Assembly (NCBI GenBank): GCA_043228905.1
Contig: JBHGNT010000004.1
Location: 25,110,001 to 25,174,000, forward strand
From: Azolla caroliniana
Lineage: Eukaryota; Plantae; Polypodiophyta
Length of the DNA: 64,000 nucleotides
Reading direction: 5' to 3'
Every line of letters begins with the position of its first letter. Positions within the stretch are counted from its first letter, which is position 1. A program made the translations under genes and the position numbers. The notes under the pieces are model-generated. The model had not been told where the DNA came from. It saw only the letters and a program-made list of their open reading frames with translations, and searched no databases. Positions 1 to 13,199 of the stretch are shown here, piece after piece.

Positions 1-1275
1 CTTGAAGCTCTTCCTACCCGAAATGTGGTCACTTGGAATGCACTAATTGCAGGCTATGCTCATCAAGGGGAATACCATGAGTCACTTTATTGTTTCCAAA
101 GAATGCAAAGTGAGGGCTTGTCTCCTGATGAAGTCACTTTTCTTTGCATCTTGAAGGCATGTGGCAGTGCAAAAGCTATAGAGAAGGGCAAACAAATTCA
201 TGGCGAAGTTCAGATCATTGGCTTCCTCGAGAAGGATGCCATGCTCTGCAATGCTTTGGTGGATATGTATGCAAAATGTGGGATGCTCTCAAAAGCACGT
301 CAAATTCTAAAAAGTCTTCCGGTTCAAGATGTAGTTGCTTGGAATGCACTCATTGTGGGGTATGTTCACGAGGGCCGATGTGATGAAGCTCTTGATTGTT
401 TTGAATGGATGCAAAGGGAGGGTCCTTCAGCAGATGAGGTCACATTTCTCACTCTTTTGAAAGCCTGTGGTAAGATTGGAGCGATTGACAAAGGCAAACA
501 AATTCATTGTGAGATTGTAAGCAAAGAACTCTTGGAGAAAGATATCGTGCTTGGGAATGCTTTGGTGGATATGTATGGGAAATGTGGTGTTCTTGGAAAA
601 GCATGCCAGGTGCTCGAAGCACTTCCGATCCGAGATGTGGTGTCTTGGTCGACAATAATTTCCGGGTATGGGCAACATGGGAGAGGTCAGGAAGCACTCA
701 AGTGCTTTGAATGGATGCAATGTGAAGGTCTACTTCCAAATGCGGTAACACTGCTCAGTCTTCTGGTGGCATGCAGTCATGCCGGGTTACTTGAAGAAGC
801 CCAAACACTTTTCGTTAGCATGTCAAGAAGATACGGGGTCACTCCAAATTTGGAGCATCATACTTGTATGGTGGCTGGTTTTGGATATGCAGGGCATTTT
901 GACAAGGCCATGTCGGTCATTAAGGTTATGCCATCTCCAGAATGTGAATGTGGTTTAGTGTGGCTTGCCCTGTTGGGTGCATGTCGGAAATGGAGAAACT
1001 TGGAACTTGGGAGGTCGTGCTTTGATCAAGTTATACAGTTGGATAATAGTTGTGCAACAGCCTATGTGCTCATGACTGACATTTTTGCGGCAGCTGGCAT
1101 GCAAGAGGATGCACACAATGTGGAAACCATGAGATTGAAATATGCTTCATCTTGGAAGGAGGATTGGGATTACTCTTCACGTATAAATGATATATATGCA
1201 AAGGTACAAGTTATCAGTTCGGAAATGTCGGATGAAGGATTTTTGCCCCTAGTGGGCAACTTGTTTAGTGAATAG
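1..1275 (+). CDS. PLS-class pentatricopeptide repeat protein with E domain and E+-like tail, no DYW; 5' end outside the window
   Basis: Intronless frame open from base 1. Repeating P-L-S motifs (VTWNALIAGY, DEVTFLCILKACG, LGNALVDMYGKCG), then P2-L2-S2 (PNLEHHTCMV), E domain (VWLALLGACRKWRNLELG...AYVLMTDIFA) and an E+-like IYAKVQVISSEMSDEGFLP before the stop at 1273-1275. Confidence 0.93.
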   Translation, partial: LEALPTRNVVTWNALIAGYAHQGEYHESLYCFQRMQSEGLSPDEVTFLCILKACGSAKAIEKGKQIHGEVQIIGFLEKDAMLCNALVDMYAKCGMLSKARQILKSLPVQDVVAWNALIVGYVHEGRCDEALDCFEWMQREGPSADEVTFLTLLKACGKIGAIDKGKQIHCEIVSKELLEKDIVLGNALVDMYGKCGVLGKACQVLEALPIRDVVSWSTIISGYGQHGRGQEALKCFEWMQCEGLLPNAVTLLSLLVACSHAGLLEEAQTLFVSMSRRYGVTPNLEHHTCMVAGFGYAGHFDKAMSVIKVMPSPECECGLVWLALLGACRKWRNLELGRSCFDQVIQLDNSCATAYVLMTDIFAAAGMQEDAHNVETMRLKYASSWKEDWDYSSRINDIYAKVQVISSEMSDEGFLPLVGNLFSE

Positions 1276-1939
1276 AACTAACTATTGCCTTCTAAAGATT
1301 TGTATTTGGCTTCATGATGCACAATAAGGACGAAAAAACAAGATGTTCTCGGTCCTACTTGGCTGCTGATATTAATACAATTTATCAATCTGGATGTGGC
1401 ATGAGATGGAATATGCAACTTTCATATCAAGCTCTACATTCCCTTGAACCTTATACCATCCATCATCAGGCTTTTGTGCTATAAGAAGATGACAAATGGG
1501 AGACGCTGGAAATGCGTGCAGGACTAGTTAAATGGTGTCAGAGGGGAAATGAGGGTTGATATATAGAGTTGACAATGCAGGAATTCTGTTAAATCATAGT
1601 ATACACAATCAGATGAATGCAATGCAATGCATTTCCAACTTTGTGGAAAAGATTTCAAGCACACATCATGAGTAGAGGGAATAAATAAATAGAAGAGATA
1701 AAACTTTGGAACCGAGAATTGACACTCTGGACCATGATGCCACATTGATAGTCAGAGAGTTTTGGATGGATGAGAATTGCCTGAAGTGATGAGCATTTTC
1801 CTTCTAAGTTCTTGAACTAATAACAAATGTCGCATTTGACATTGTAACATGGATCGGGTAATGAACTTGCATGAAACAGTATCACGATGAAATGGTGGAA
1901 AAAGCCTATTCTCTCTACAAACCCTACAAAGGGTGGTAG

Positions 1940-2553
1940 ATTATGCTTTTAAGCAGGGTATCGGGGGAGACACACTTTAAACATGTGCCAGCTTCTTTCC
2001 ACCGGTGTTGATAGCATAAGATTTGAATCGGTCTCTATCAATGGGCATACATGCTTTTTGTACTTGACTGCTAGGCTCCCTCAACATGGAAGGGGTACTA
2101 TGTTGGATCAAAGATTTGAAGCCAGACATATTGTACAATGGTGCAATTATGCTTTTAAGCGGGGTATCGAGGGAGACACACTTTAAACATGTGCCAGCTT
2201 CTTTCCACCGGTGTTGATAGCATAAGATTTGAATCGGTCTCTATCAATGGGCATACATGCTTTTTGTACTTGACTGCTAGGCTCCCTCAACATGGAAGGG
2301 GTACTATGTTGGATCAAAGATTTGAAGCCAGACATATTGTACAATGGTGCAATTATGCTTTTAAGCGGGGTATCGGGGGAGACACACTTTAAACATGTGC
2401 CAGCTTCTTTCCACCGGTGTTGATAGCATAAGATTTGAATCAGTCTCTATCAATGGGCATACATGCTTTTTGTACTTGACTGCTAGGCTCCCTCAACGTG
2501 GAAGGGGTACTATGTTGGATCAAAGATTTGAAGCCGGACATAGTGTACAATGG
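1940..2553. repeat. 206-bp tandem repeat, about 3 near-identical copies
   Basis: Units begin ATTATGCTTTTAAGC at 1940, 2146 and 2352 and differ by only a few substitutions; this explains the three near-identical 67-72 aa ORFs. Confidence 0.97.
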
Positions 2554-3178
2554 AACCCAAACTTGAGAATGCAATCACCATTATTGTATTCTTTTCATTA
2601 TCTTTTTATATAATCAATTTGGCCTCTTCCACTTGTGAGTGGTATCTTTAGTTTTTCATGTTTTTTTTACCAATGTGTAAGATGTATATGTTTGTCAACT
2701 TGGTATAATTTAACAAGTCTAGCTTTCTTCCTGTAAGTTCTAAGTTCTCTCCCACATACCAAACTCATCATTGGACCAATAAAACAAATTTGCTATCCTT
2801 CGACAACCATATAAAACCATTAGAGTGTTGATCTAATAATGATTCTAAGCGCTAGTTGAGAAAACATGAAAGGAAACATTGGCATCGAGTTGATAGATTG
2901 ATAGTCAATGAACATAAAGCTTGTAGAGTACTATCAATAGATACTACGAAAGCTTATCACATGCTTCATGGATGTAAAACTTAAATGAAATTTATTGGCG
3001 AAAGGAATTATTTTTAAACATCGGCTCCATTTATAGAAGGGCAAGGAGATGAAATTGAGTGACAATGAAGTTTACATATAAAATCTAGCTTAGAAGATCT
3101 TGGAATTATCATTAAGAATAAATCTAAGATCCTCAATACATGATTCATGTGTTGCTGGTTAAGAATAAACATTTATTA

Positions 3179-6077
3179 CTAGACTAGCTTCAACTTTCCT
3201 ATATATGTGGATGCAAGCCCTCCAAGATAGAGATAATCCCCAATCTCAAGGCCAGTGGTGACATATCCAATGGATTCTCCAATCGAGTCTTCAAAATACC
3301 TAAGAGGTTTACCGTCATTACTAACTTCGAGCACCTTAGCCATCTTCCGAAGAGCCACATTCAACTCGTGTTGCCTTTTTGGACTAGCATAGAAGTGCTT
3401 GACGAAGGAGAAACTGAACAATGTCTCTTGCCATAAACTTCGGCCCTACAAAAGAGAAGATCCATATATGTTTATTATCTCTTGGCCCACTTCATGCATT
3501 GTTGTTGCTTACTAAATGTGTTCTTAAACTTTCCTATATACAAGTTAACATTGTGCTTTAGATGTAGCGTCTTGTTTTATATGTGTATATATTTCTAATC
3601 TTGGTAAATCTAAAGTGAATGGCTTTGTGAAAACAACAACAATTTATCTCAATCAAATGTGATTTTTGAGATTTATGATAATGTAAATAAACTTTTTCAC
3701 ATGTGTCTCTATTCTTCCTACATGGAAATGTTGCCACTTGGTTCATGCCCTAGTTTCTATACAAATTTAGATCATTCAGTATTTGTGACTACAATCATGG
3801 TATGATTAGATGGAAATTTGTTTATGGATAGGTCATGAAATTGTCCCACCAATGTTCATTAGTTTAAATGTCACACTTTGTATGCTCTAATTTGATCACA
3901 CAAGATATTTATGCTTTATATATAAATACAGATATGTCCTAGCAAATATTTTAAGAAATCAAAATACTTCAAAAAATTCCATACTGCAACTAGCCCAATC
4001 CAAAATGTCCCTCTTTGTGTGGAGTGTATGTTGTCAGGATAGCCTGGAAGATTGTCAATGAAAACTTCCATTTCTCCCTTCCGATCGCCTCGTAACCATA
4101 ACCTTTGACAACGTACCCTACAAGTTAATGAAACAACAATGTGAATAAGTGCTTATGAGCATATGTGTGTATAATTTTTGAAATTATGTATGTTCTATGA
4201 CTTCAATGAAATACTGGTCATGTATGCATATGCCAACCCATGTATTAATAGACGATAAAAACACATCGTACTTTGAAGTTTCGCAGAATACTAAGAAATT
4301 TTTGTCCAAGGAGATTGCAACGCCGTTTGGAAAGAACAAATTTGAAGCTAACACACTTGTTACTTTTGTTGATGGCTCATACATAAGAAGTCGACCATTT
4401 GGCCGACCCTCTAGCACATCTAAATCTGATTGCCCATATCCAAATTTTGTGCTAGCATCTGTGAAGTATATTATACCATCGTCTTGGGAGACATCCACAC
4501 CATCTGTGAACCTATGAATTATGTGGAGTTAAAGAGACAACAAAGTAAAGCATTTATTTGCGAAAAAGTATGCAATTCTAATAAATCAAGTAAGAGATAC
4601 TTTTGATCTATATTAAGTCGAGCACTCTATTAATGAAATTCAGGAATTTACATGAACATACACACAAGACCCAAAATATTAGTGAGCTTCCTCAAGTGAG
4701 CGTTTTTGTCTTTCCTTGTTTTTGAAAAGTTGTTTCCATGAAAGGGAAAAAGAAAAGGTTTTAAAAAAGATAACCATTGCATTCATGCATATCATATGCC
4801 AAGACCCCCAAAAATGTAAAGATAAGCCATTAAGGGAAAATATGCCACAATTACCATCTAACCAAGAAAAAATCACAGTAGAAAAAAAGAGAAAACAAAA
4901 GCATTCACCTAATGAATCTCACTCAAATAAACTATCTATTTATCTATCTCACATATACAACTATAGAACAAAAAGAAAAAACCTAGGACCCCGTGCTGAA
5001 CTAACAAATATATTTGTTCATTGGAAATAATGTAGGATTGGGTGCTTGAGGGTTTAAAATATGTGTACACATGTGAAAAAGAACTCATTTTTGTTGATGA
5101 AGACGAGATAATGAATATGATTGTGTTATCAGATCTAAAATCTACATTCATTACTTTCCCTTACTTGAATTTTATTCCACAAGCATTGTCGGTTAAGACA
5201 GACACCTTTCCCTTCGTGATATTAAGGAGTCCCTGCATAAGTAATTCAATTTATATTTGAGTTTATACATATGCATATGAACGTATGCATGCATACTACA
5301 AGTTCTTTTAAGTTCCTTAACCTTAATCCAACAATCTATTCAAACCAACAAAGAAGGAGCTTCAAAACAATAGAGCACAACAGAGTGAGAAGTAGCTTGT
5401 ATATCTTGTTCATACTTTCTTCCTTGAACCATCAAGTTACTTATGTACTTGAGAGTTTTATTCATTCCTGATGAACAAGTTTCTAATGTTTGAAGGTGTA
5501 ATATGAGAGATAATGAGGGATTGATGGAGGCATTAAAATGTTGATATCCTATGATGAGGAGTCATCCATTGAATTACACTTCCACTTCATTGGTGCTTAG
5601 TTATTAGAGGCCATATGTAAAAACTTGTCGCAAGGAAGCAATGAAACTGTGTATGAAATAAAGAAGAAGGAAACATACAAGGGAAGGCTCACATGCAAGG
5701 ACTTCTCCATGAAGGCCCAATGCAAGTCCTAATGGGCGGCCATTACTAGGGATCTTAGTCCAGTTTACGACGATGCCAGATGATAAGGACACTTGCTTGA
5801 TCCATCCGTCTGAACAAGCTGCAAACAATGCACTACCAGATTTTGAGGTTGGTGCCAAGTCCTCAGGATATGGGAGTTCACCTTCACCGACACGTTCCAA
5901 TTGCAATTTCTCGGCTTTTGGCCACTTGTGCATTGGTAATGGCATTGCCAACTCTGTAGGCCATGGATCAATGTGTGATGCCTTCCTAACCATGCTTTGC
6001 CATGTTAGCATCACAAATAATGCAACAAATCCCCAAAACACCACCACCACCCCTTCGTCTCCTGTTGTTGTTGCCAT
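3179..6077 (-). CDS. Strictosidine synthase-like (SSL/APMAP family) six-bladed beta-propeller protein, ~368 aa, 5 exons
   Basis: Exons 6077-5679, 5232-5165, 4511-4272, 4117-3985, 3445-3179, all GT-AG and in phase (1107 nt). N-terminal hydrophobic anchor, then YPEDL, GRPLGL, FTDGVDV...IYFTDASTKF, GRLLMYEP, LFFPNGVAIS, NLPGYPDNI, FWIGL, YLYLGGL. Confidence 0.92.
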
Positions 6078-6918
6078 GTTAACTTCTATTTTACTTCTTG
6101 GGGTTACTCTTGGGCATGCCTTCTCATTTTCCAGACTCCAGGACAAGCTACCAAAATTATAATCGCTTTAGATTCTCTCCAATATATATAAATATAATGG
6201 CCAAAGAACTAGTATAATGTATATGCCAAATAACACTCCTTTTAAGAATTACACATATTCATAACACAAACCAATACAAATTTCTAGTACGAAGTTATTG
6301 ACAACTTTCCATGTCCTTGTTGAGTCCACTAAGCATCTTATATTTACTCGCTATATTAAATGTATTATCTTTATTCCATACTGACATGTATTATCATGCA
6401 CACATACAAGAGAGAGTGAGGACAATTCCAAAGAGAATCAAAGGCCCATTTGATGCAATGCAACTTTAATATCGTCAAACTTACCAAACCAAACATATAT
6501 GAACATCATAACACAATCTTGAAACATACCAAATTTATATTGAAAAACAAAAAGTAGACATGTTTTGGTACAAACTAAAAGAAACCATATTCTTTGTGTT
6601 TTATGAGTAGCTCATAATCTTGAAATGCATCAAATAAGTCAGCATATTCAAAATAGTAGGTAAGAACAATTGTTTGTATCATATGCAAAAGAAAAAACAT
6701 CTTCTTTGTCTCTTCATGGACTCTTTTGCATCGCGTAATTTAAATGTTTTATAGGAAGAGTACTATGATGTTTTGGTGTAAACACTCATTAATATAATCC
6801 TTGGTCTCCTTTTAGTAAGAACGTAGATATGTACATGGATACAATGATCCCAATTTATAAGCATAGCATAGATGAGTCTACATTGAACTAATTTTGTTAC
6901 TTATGAAACCCTTGGATG

Positions 6919-7062
6919 ATAAACCTTTCATTCCTATTATATATAACTTCTTCTTTGTAGGTAGCAATCAATATATAGACATATCTCTTCATAAACCATT
7001 CATTCCTAGTACATAACTTCTTCTTATTTGCGGGTAGCAATCAATATATAGACATATCTTCA
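6919..7062. repeat. ~72-bp tandem duplication
   Basis: ATAAACC(T/A)TTCATTCCTA...GGTAGCAATCAATATATAGACATATCT begins at 6919 and again at 6991. Confidence 0.85.
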
Positions 7063-7808
7063 TGAATAACTCATTTCACCAAACACAAATAATACTTGTA
7101 CAAATCTAATATTGGCATGCATTGATGTTATCGATAAATTAAGATATTGAAATTATACTCAAGTCTCTCCCAATTTTTCTGCACCCATGCATAAAACATG
7201 ACTTGCCATTACCAATATGTTTTGTGAGCTTCATTAATAACTATGTGTACAACAATAATATTGCCTTATGCATGTCACCCTGCATTGCAAATGTGTGTGT
7301 ACATAGTTAAAAAATTTATGATGTATGTGTTGAATTGATGAATAACATCGTAATTGCATTATTATTACAATTAAGCTCTTTGATCAGTAGTAGCTAATGA
7401 AATGGATCATGTTTGATGGTTCAATTGTAGTGTTAAATAAGAAAATCGGCATTCTGGTTCATTATGCTTGGGCACAATGCGAAAACATTGTCTTTATAAA
7501 TAATATAAGATGCCTCTGCAAATGATTATCCATAATTTTCTTGTTTGGACCTAAAGCTTAAATTATTTACAAACTTATACGATTGTAGTAGCAATGTTTA
7601 TACTTTACATCTTTGAGGTTGCAACGTAAATGATGGATAAGGCTATACTTTTGTAGTGCAAATGTTTGTGCTTTGCAGCGGTACAGTTGTAGGTCCATGC
7701 CTTTAGCGATGGATTTTGTGTTGAATCATGTACTAGCGTTGGAAGTAAATTTTGTTTAACCATATTGTTTGCGCCCGCTAGTTTATGTTGACAAAAAAGT
7801 TATTTGCA

Positions 7809-9179
7809 TACGGTCAACTAATTGGATCAAGTACAGGGATGTCCTGGGGAAGCATTACAGTAGAAGGTCTAGGAAAGAGTATAGAATGTTGGAGACGGCT
7901 TATGTCATTGCGAAATACAAGATCAAACCAACATACTCCACGGAATCAAGGGCAGACAGACTATGAGATCTGAAATTATGAACGCTCTATTGCTTAGGAA
8001 AGTTGCTAATAAAAGGATGGCAATGGAGAAGTGGATAGGCCACGAGGAGGAGGACACTTTGATCCCAAGAGGTAGGGAAACACAGATAGGATCTAAGGCC
8101 ATGAATTGTGAGACAATGAGATACCAACATAAAACATGGCAATTCAAGTACTCGCATATACATGTCGTAAATGGATTGTAGATCTCAATCCGATCAAAGT
8201 ACAACTAGAATGACATGTATATACTTATGAAAACACATGGTTACATAAGGTCAGCTAGGACTCTTTGTTGCAATGGATGTGGCACGATCCTTATGCGGGT
8301 CTAGGAAGCAAAGCCATCCCTTTCTTCCAACTCACTGCTAGATTGAGCCACCACATTCTAGCCACTCAAACCGCCCGAAAGCGGGCAACTACAAAGACAT
8401 AGCACATATATCATCCTCCCCATACCATTATTACCAAGTTTTGGCAGAAAATATGGAAACAACAACACGCTAGGCGAATTACCACGTTCCAATTGTTATT
8501 AATACATAGGTCACTACCGGTTGGAGCTGGGCAGTCGGGGATCCTTAGCTCTCCTAATTGTGTAGCGTGCCCAAATGCAACTGGGTTAATTTGACACACT
8601 ATGTGGGACTACCAGAGACCCATCGAATATGGCAGGGGGTTGGCCACCTATTGCAATTATGACAGGTGCAATGCACAATCAAGTGGGGGAATGTATGTTG
8701 GTTATCATGGCAAACTCAAGTTGACAAGTATGAACATCAAGAGCAGGGGATGACATTGGTGATAAAAGCACAAGAGATCGTATTTTCCACCATCAACAAT
8801 ATCCACTCAACTCCTATTAATGTCAAAGCTCAAGTTGTGTTGGAATTGGTGAGTCCAATAACTCTTTGGATTCTCTAGAAACAACGGTGTAAATGGGTCT
8901 TCTCCAATCAAACCGTGCATTAAGCAATATTGTTATTAGGAGATATAGAGTGAAGTTATCGCCACTCTAAAGAGCCAATACAATGGCCTCATGGGTGGAT
9001 CTGATGGAGTTTAAAGACAACGATTGGCCTTCATCCAACAATGGTCATGCTCTCCCTTTCTTGAGTCAATGGGCCTCCACATAAGATGGAGCTATCATCT
9101 CCCTACTAGGATTTGTATATAACATTGTCATCTATTAAATTTTATAACTAATGGAAGGAGTTTTTTTTGGAAAAAAAAA
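7809..9179 (+). mobile_element. 5'-truncated, degenerate LINE (L1-like) 3' end with A-tail and short TSD
   Basis: Disrupted ORF2 C-terminal region (TFQLLLIHRSLPVG, CVACP, ELVSPITLWIL*KQRCKWVFSNQ). Ends GGAAGGAG-T8-GG-A9 at 9179. TTATTTGCA lies at 7800-7808 and 9181-9189. Homologous to the element at 20720-21181. Confidence 0.75.
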
Positions 9180-9348
9180 CTTATTTGCAAGGCCATATTT
9201 TTGGGACATTCTCATCTATTAATGTCCATGATCAAAGACAAACTATGAGTGTGCCTACCTAACATCAAAACCATCATGTAAGACTTCAACACACAACCTT
9301 AGAATTATATATCACAAGCATTACCACTACATCATCTCATAAAATTTT

Positions 9349-9641
9349 TGTCACAAACACACCAAGTGCGGACTGGGACGGAACACAGATGATGGGTCTA
9401 AGAGGGTGGAACTTAAGAAGCTAGGAACGACATAAAAGCATGAAGACAGAGATGAAGAACGAGACAAGATGGAATGGAACAAGAATACTAGATTGATGTG
9501 TCAATAACTGGTGTTGAATCCCCTGAAAGGGACCAAGAAGGTTACAAGTATTTATACAAGTTTCAAGATTGAATATCTCTAGAATATACTCGAGAAATAT
9601 CTCTAGAATATACCGTACAATATTTCTAGAATATACTAACA
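9349..9641 (-). mobile_element. Possible solo LTR containing three ~26-bp AATAT(C/T)TCTAGAATATAC subrepeats
   Basis: Minus strand starts TGTTAG and ends TGACA, with a TATAAATA motif near 9550 and short internal tandem repeats at 9572-9636. No TSD found. Confidence 0.3.
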
Positions 9642-9708
9642 ACTAGAATATTCTGATTCTGAAATGTACTATATGCTAGAATATTACAATACTAAATTGT
9701 TATGTACA

Positions 9709-10070
9709 AATACATGCTCATGTCAAAATGGTTGCACATGACATTTTATTTATGTGAGGTTGTAGGTTCAATCCTCACGAACTATGTATTTGATGTCACT
9801 GTGTCGTGCCAATTTTCATGTTCAATGTCATAAATAAAAAGTTTGTGACCTTATAAATAATAATTAAATAAATAAAATTGGTGAGGATGAATACATGCTC
9901 ATGTTAAAATAGTTGCACATGACATTTTATGTATGTGAGGTTGTAGGTTCAATCCTCACGAACTATGTATTTGATGTCACTGTGTCGTGACAATTTTCAT
10001 GTTCAATGTCATAAATAAAAAGTTTGTGACCTTATAAATAATAATTAAATAAATAAAATTGGTGAGGATG
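9709..10070. repeat. 181-bp tandem duplication containing a tRNA-like B-box
   Basis: Units start AATACATGCTCATG at 9709 and 9890 and are nearly identical. Each has GTGAGGTTGTAGGTTCAATCCTCAC and an AT-rich tail. Confidence 0.92.
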
Positions 10071-13000
10071 ACAAAACATGAATGTATGATGTATTAAGTC
10101 AATGATTTCCCCTTGTGCTATGGCATCCAATGTATTGTTAGTTGCATAAACAAAATATGTACCCTAATACAATGGGCAAATTATATTTTAACCATTCAAC
10201 TCATCGTGTTAGGATAATTGAGGTTAAACTTTTGTGCTCTATAAGATTAATTCATGTAATCAATCTGCGAAACAAATTACCAATTATGCTAGCAAAAATA
10301 GTGTCAAAGATCATATGTTTCATTTGATCTAGCGTTGCCCATGATAATCATTGACGTCCACATGTCCAATGTGGCCAAATGATATTGCATTAAAGGCTTG
10401 GGATCACAAGGGCCCGACATCTTATTTAAATGTTTGCATGTGAGCGATGATCTAAGATTCAAATTGGACATAAAAAAGGCAAGAATTGTGGCCAAACTTA
10501 TCAAGCTCTGAATTAAGTTTGTCAAAATGATGAACTGCATTAAAGTATTGGGGATGGAAAATCCAAATTTCCCATCATCTTATTCAACCCCTTGCATGTG
10601 AGCCATGAGCTATCGTGATTGTATGATTCAGTTTGGATATCAAGAAGCAAGGCTTGAATTGTGGTCAAACTTGTGATGTATTTCATGATTTAATCAATGA
10701 TATCCTCATAGCCAATGCATCTCAACACAACATGTAGTTATAATAAAACACATGTGCATTAAGAGTAGTTTTCTCATTCTAGAAATCTCTGGAAAGTTCC
10801 AAAAACTTTCTGGGGCATGCTTGCATATTTTTGGAATATATTTTGCCTACATGGAGTACTTTGCTTACACGCAGCTCTCATGAAGATGTATAGATACATT
10901 TGTTCACCTTGATCCCAATCAAAATGAATAACGCCGATTACTCTACACCAAAGTATTTATTTAAGCCGACAATTAGAATTTTAAAAAAAGGGGCTTTTTG
11001 GTATACATATCTTGCATGTATAGCCTTATGGAGTTTTTTAATATTGATGTAGTATCTTTCTTTGGGAAACAAAATGAATAATACCATGATTACGCATTAC
11101 ACTAATTAATTGAGGTATACATGTTTTCTTGCTTAGTAATTATATATTTAATTGACAAACCTTATATGTTACTTATCTAGTAATTAAGGTAAGTATTAAT
11201 TTTAGTTTAACTTCAAAAGTCTTTGAGGCTTCCATGAGTGCATTGTTTGGAGGGGTACATACTTTTATGTATTGAGGTATGGCATAGTCTTAATTGGGAG
11301 TGACATCCCCCAATCCCTTAATTATCTCATTGTGAGGAAGGCGACCCCTTGGGACAGGTTAGTGATCCTTGAAAGTACAACACTCCTAGATATGAATCAT
11401 GTTGGCCCCTTCGGGGAAACATTTATGTCTTTCATTTTTATCAATCTACCTTATTTAACTAAATTACAATTATGTATTGTATCGAGGTTTATATATGTTA
11501 CCTTTGTACCTCATTAGAATGTTTGGCTCTCTCCCTCTCTATTAACCTAATGTTACTAAGAGCCATTTAGTTTTTTGTTAAAGATTTTCTTCAATAGTAT
11601 TAAGAAAACCCGCCCAAAGGCTACAACTAGAACTTGACTGCCCAGAAGCTTACAACTTTTTATGTACGATGATGTTCAATAATCCTAAGACCAAATATAA
11701 GACTTTGTAGAAGGTGTTGGAATTTGTTGATGTACACTACCATGATGTACTAATATTCAAGAAAGGGTCCATGGAAGACCTTTGTGGCCCTTTAGTTGAC
11801 ACTGTAAGAAGGGCAACTTTTTCCATAAGTGAAGAAGCTTCTTCCATCTCTTAAATATTCAGAGTCTTTGGGGAACCATGCATATTATCATACTGACAGT
11901 CTGGTCATGGATTACTGCTAGCAAGTTCACCCATATCTTGAGTAGTACATCTAAGAGACAGAGATTTGCCGCATCATAAATCCGGTTACAATGTTACTAA
12001 GAGTCTTCATTGTATCTTCAAACCATAACACTAAAGGTGAAATGTCTGATGGATACTTAAAAGAAGTATTAGTTTCTCACTAGGTAAATATGTGTTTTGC
12101 AACTATAGGGAGCAAGTCTTGCATCGTGCAACTACCTTTTTCATCAATGTGAGGATGAAGTTTCTAAGGAAAAGTATGGTAGTCATATGGTCATCACAAC
12201 ATCCACCTGTAACATTGGCAACATGATGTCAAGACTCAAGCATGGAACTGAAGTACACGGGTTAGATTTCTCTAGATAGTAGTGATGGACATTTATAGCT
12301 TTATCAAGACCATTGCTAATATTACCTATAGGCCCCACATGGAATCGTCTTCCCAATCCACCAACAACAACAATGTACATAAAGCTCAAGAAGACTCTAG
12401 GAAAGGGGGGGGGGATAGAGTAAATCTCACTTAAAAGCTTGTGGCCAAATGGCCACCCTAATGAGAAAGGAACCCAACCTCATTGTAAACAACTATATTT
12501 AAGTCACCCTTTAGTGACTTTTGTATCACTTATTCCTTCTTGGATTTTCTTATTTACACTTAGTTGTATTGGAGCTCTTACTCTTTATTCTCAATCTTTC
12601 ATTTGATCTTAAGAGTGATTAAGCTTCAATCTTGTTAGCCACACCCTACTCACACAACTCTTGTATGTGTATCGTACACTCTTTCAATAATAAAAGTGGT
12701 GTATATTGTTTAACCACTAAGTTCTATTAAGATAGAGAGTGAGTGCAAATACTGCCAAGCTAAGCTTATAAAGCTAGAGGCTCAAGAGTGATCGACAATC
12801 ACTCTAGCCCAGTTCACTACCAATAGAGTAAACGTCTGTTCGGATCCTTTGGCCCAACAATATCAATGTGGAGGAAGAACTCTATGGATTCATAGATGTG
12901 TTTTGTTGTTGTGGACATAGAAGCTACATAGAGTCTAAATAGTACGTTTTGCTTGCAGCCTTGCACATAGGTCTCTAGGTGATGTCCATATATAAACCTG

Positions 13001-13199
13001 CATGTACTATGAGTGATAAAATCAACAAAGTTTGGTGTTTAGTAATTCATAAAATATTGCAAAATATTGCTTGAGAGTTTGACTAGTCCATTAAACGTGC
13101 ATGTTGGTGTCTAGGTGATGTCTAGAAAATAACAAACATTCCACACATAAGAGTTGCAGAACATTCCACACATTTGAAGAAACTTCTAGAAACTAGAAA

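Noticed and set aside
1276-1930. Downstream DYW or DYW:KP domain for the first PPR gene
   Set aside because: No HxE(x)nCxxC signature or DYW-type ending recognised in any frame.
1983-2613. Three small ORFs as a peptide gene family
   Set aside because: They are by-products of the 206-bp tandem repeat, with no recognisable domain or signal peptide.
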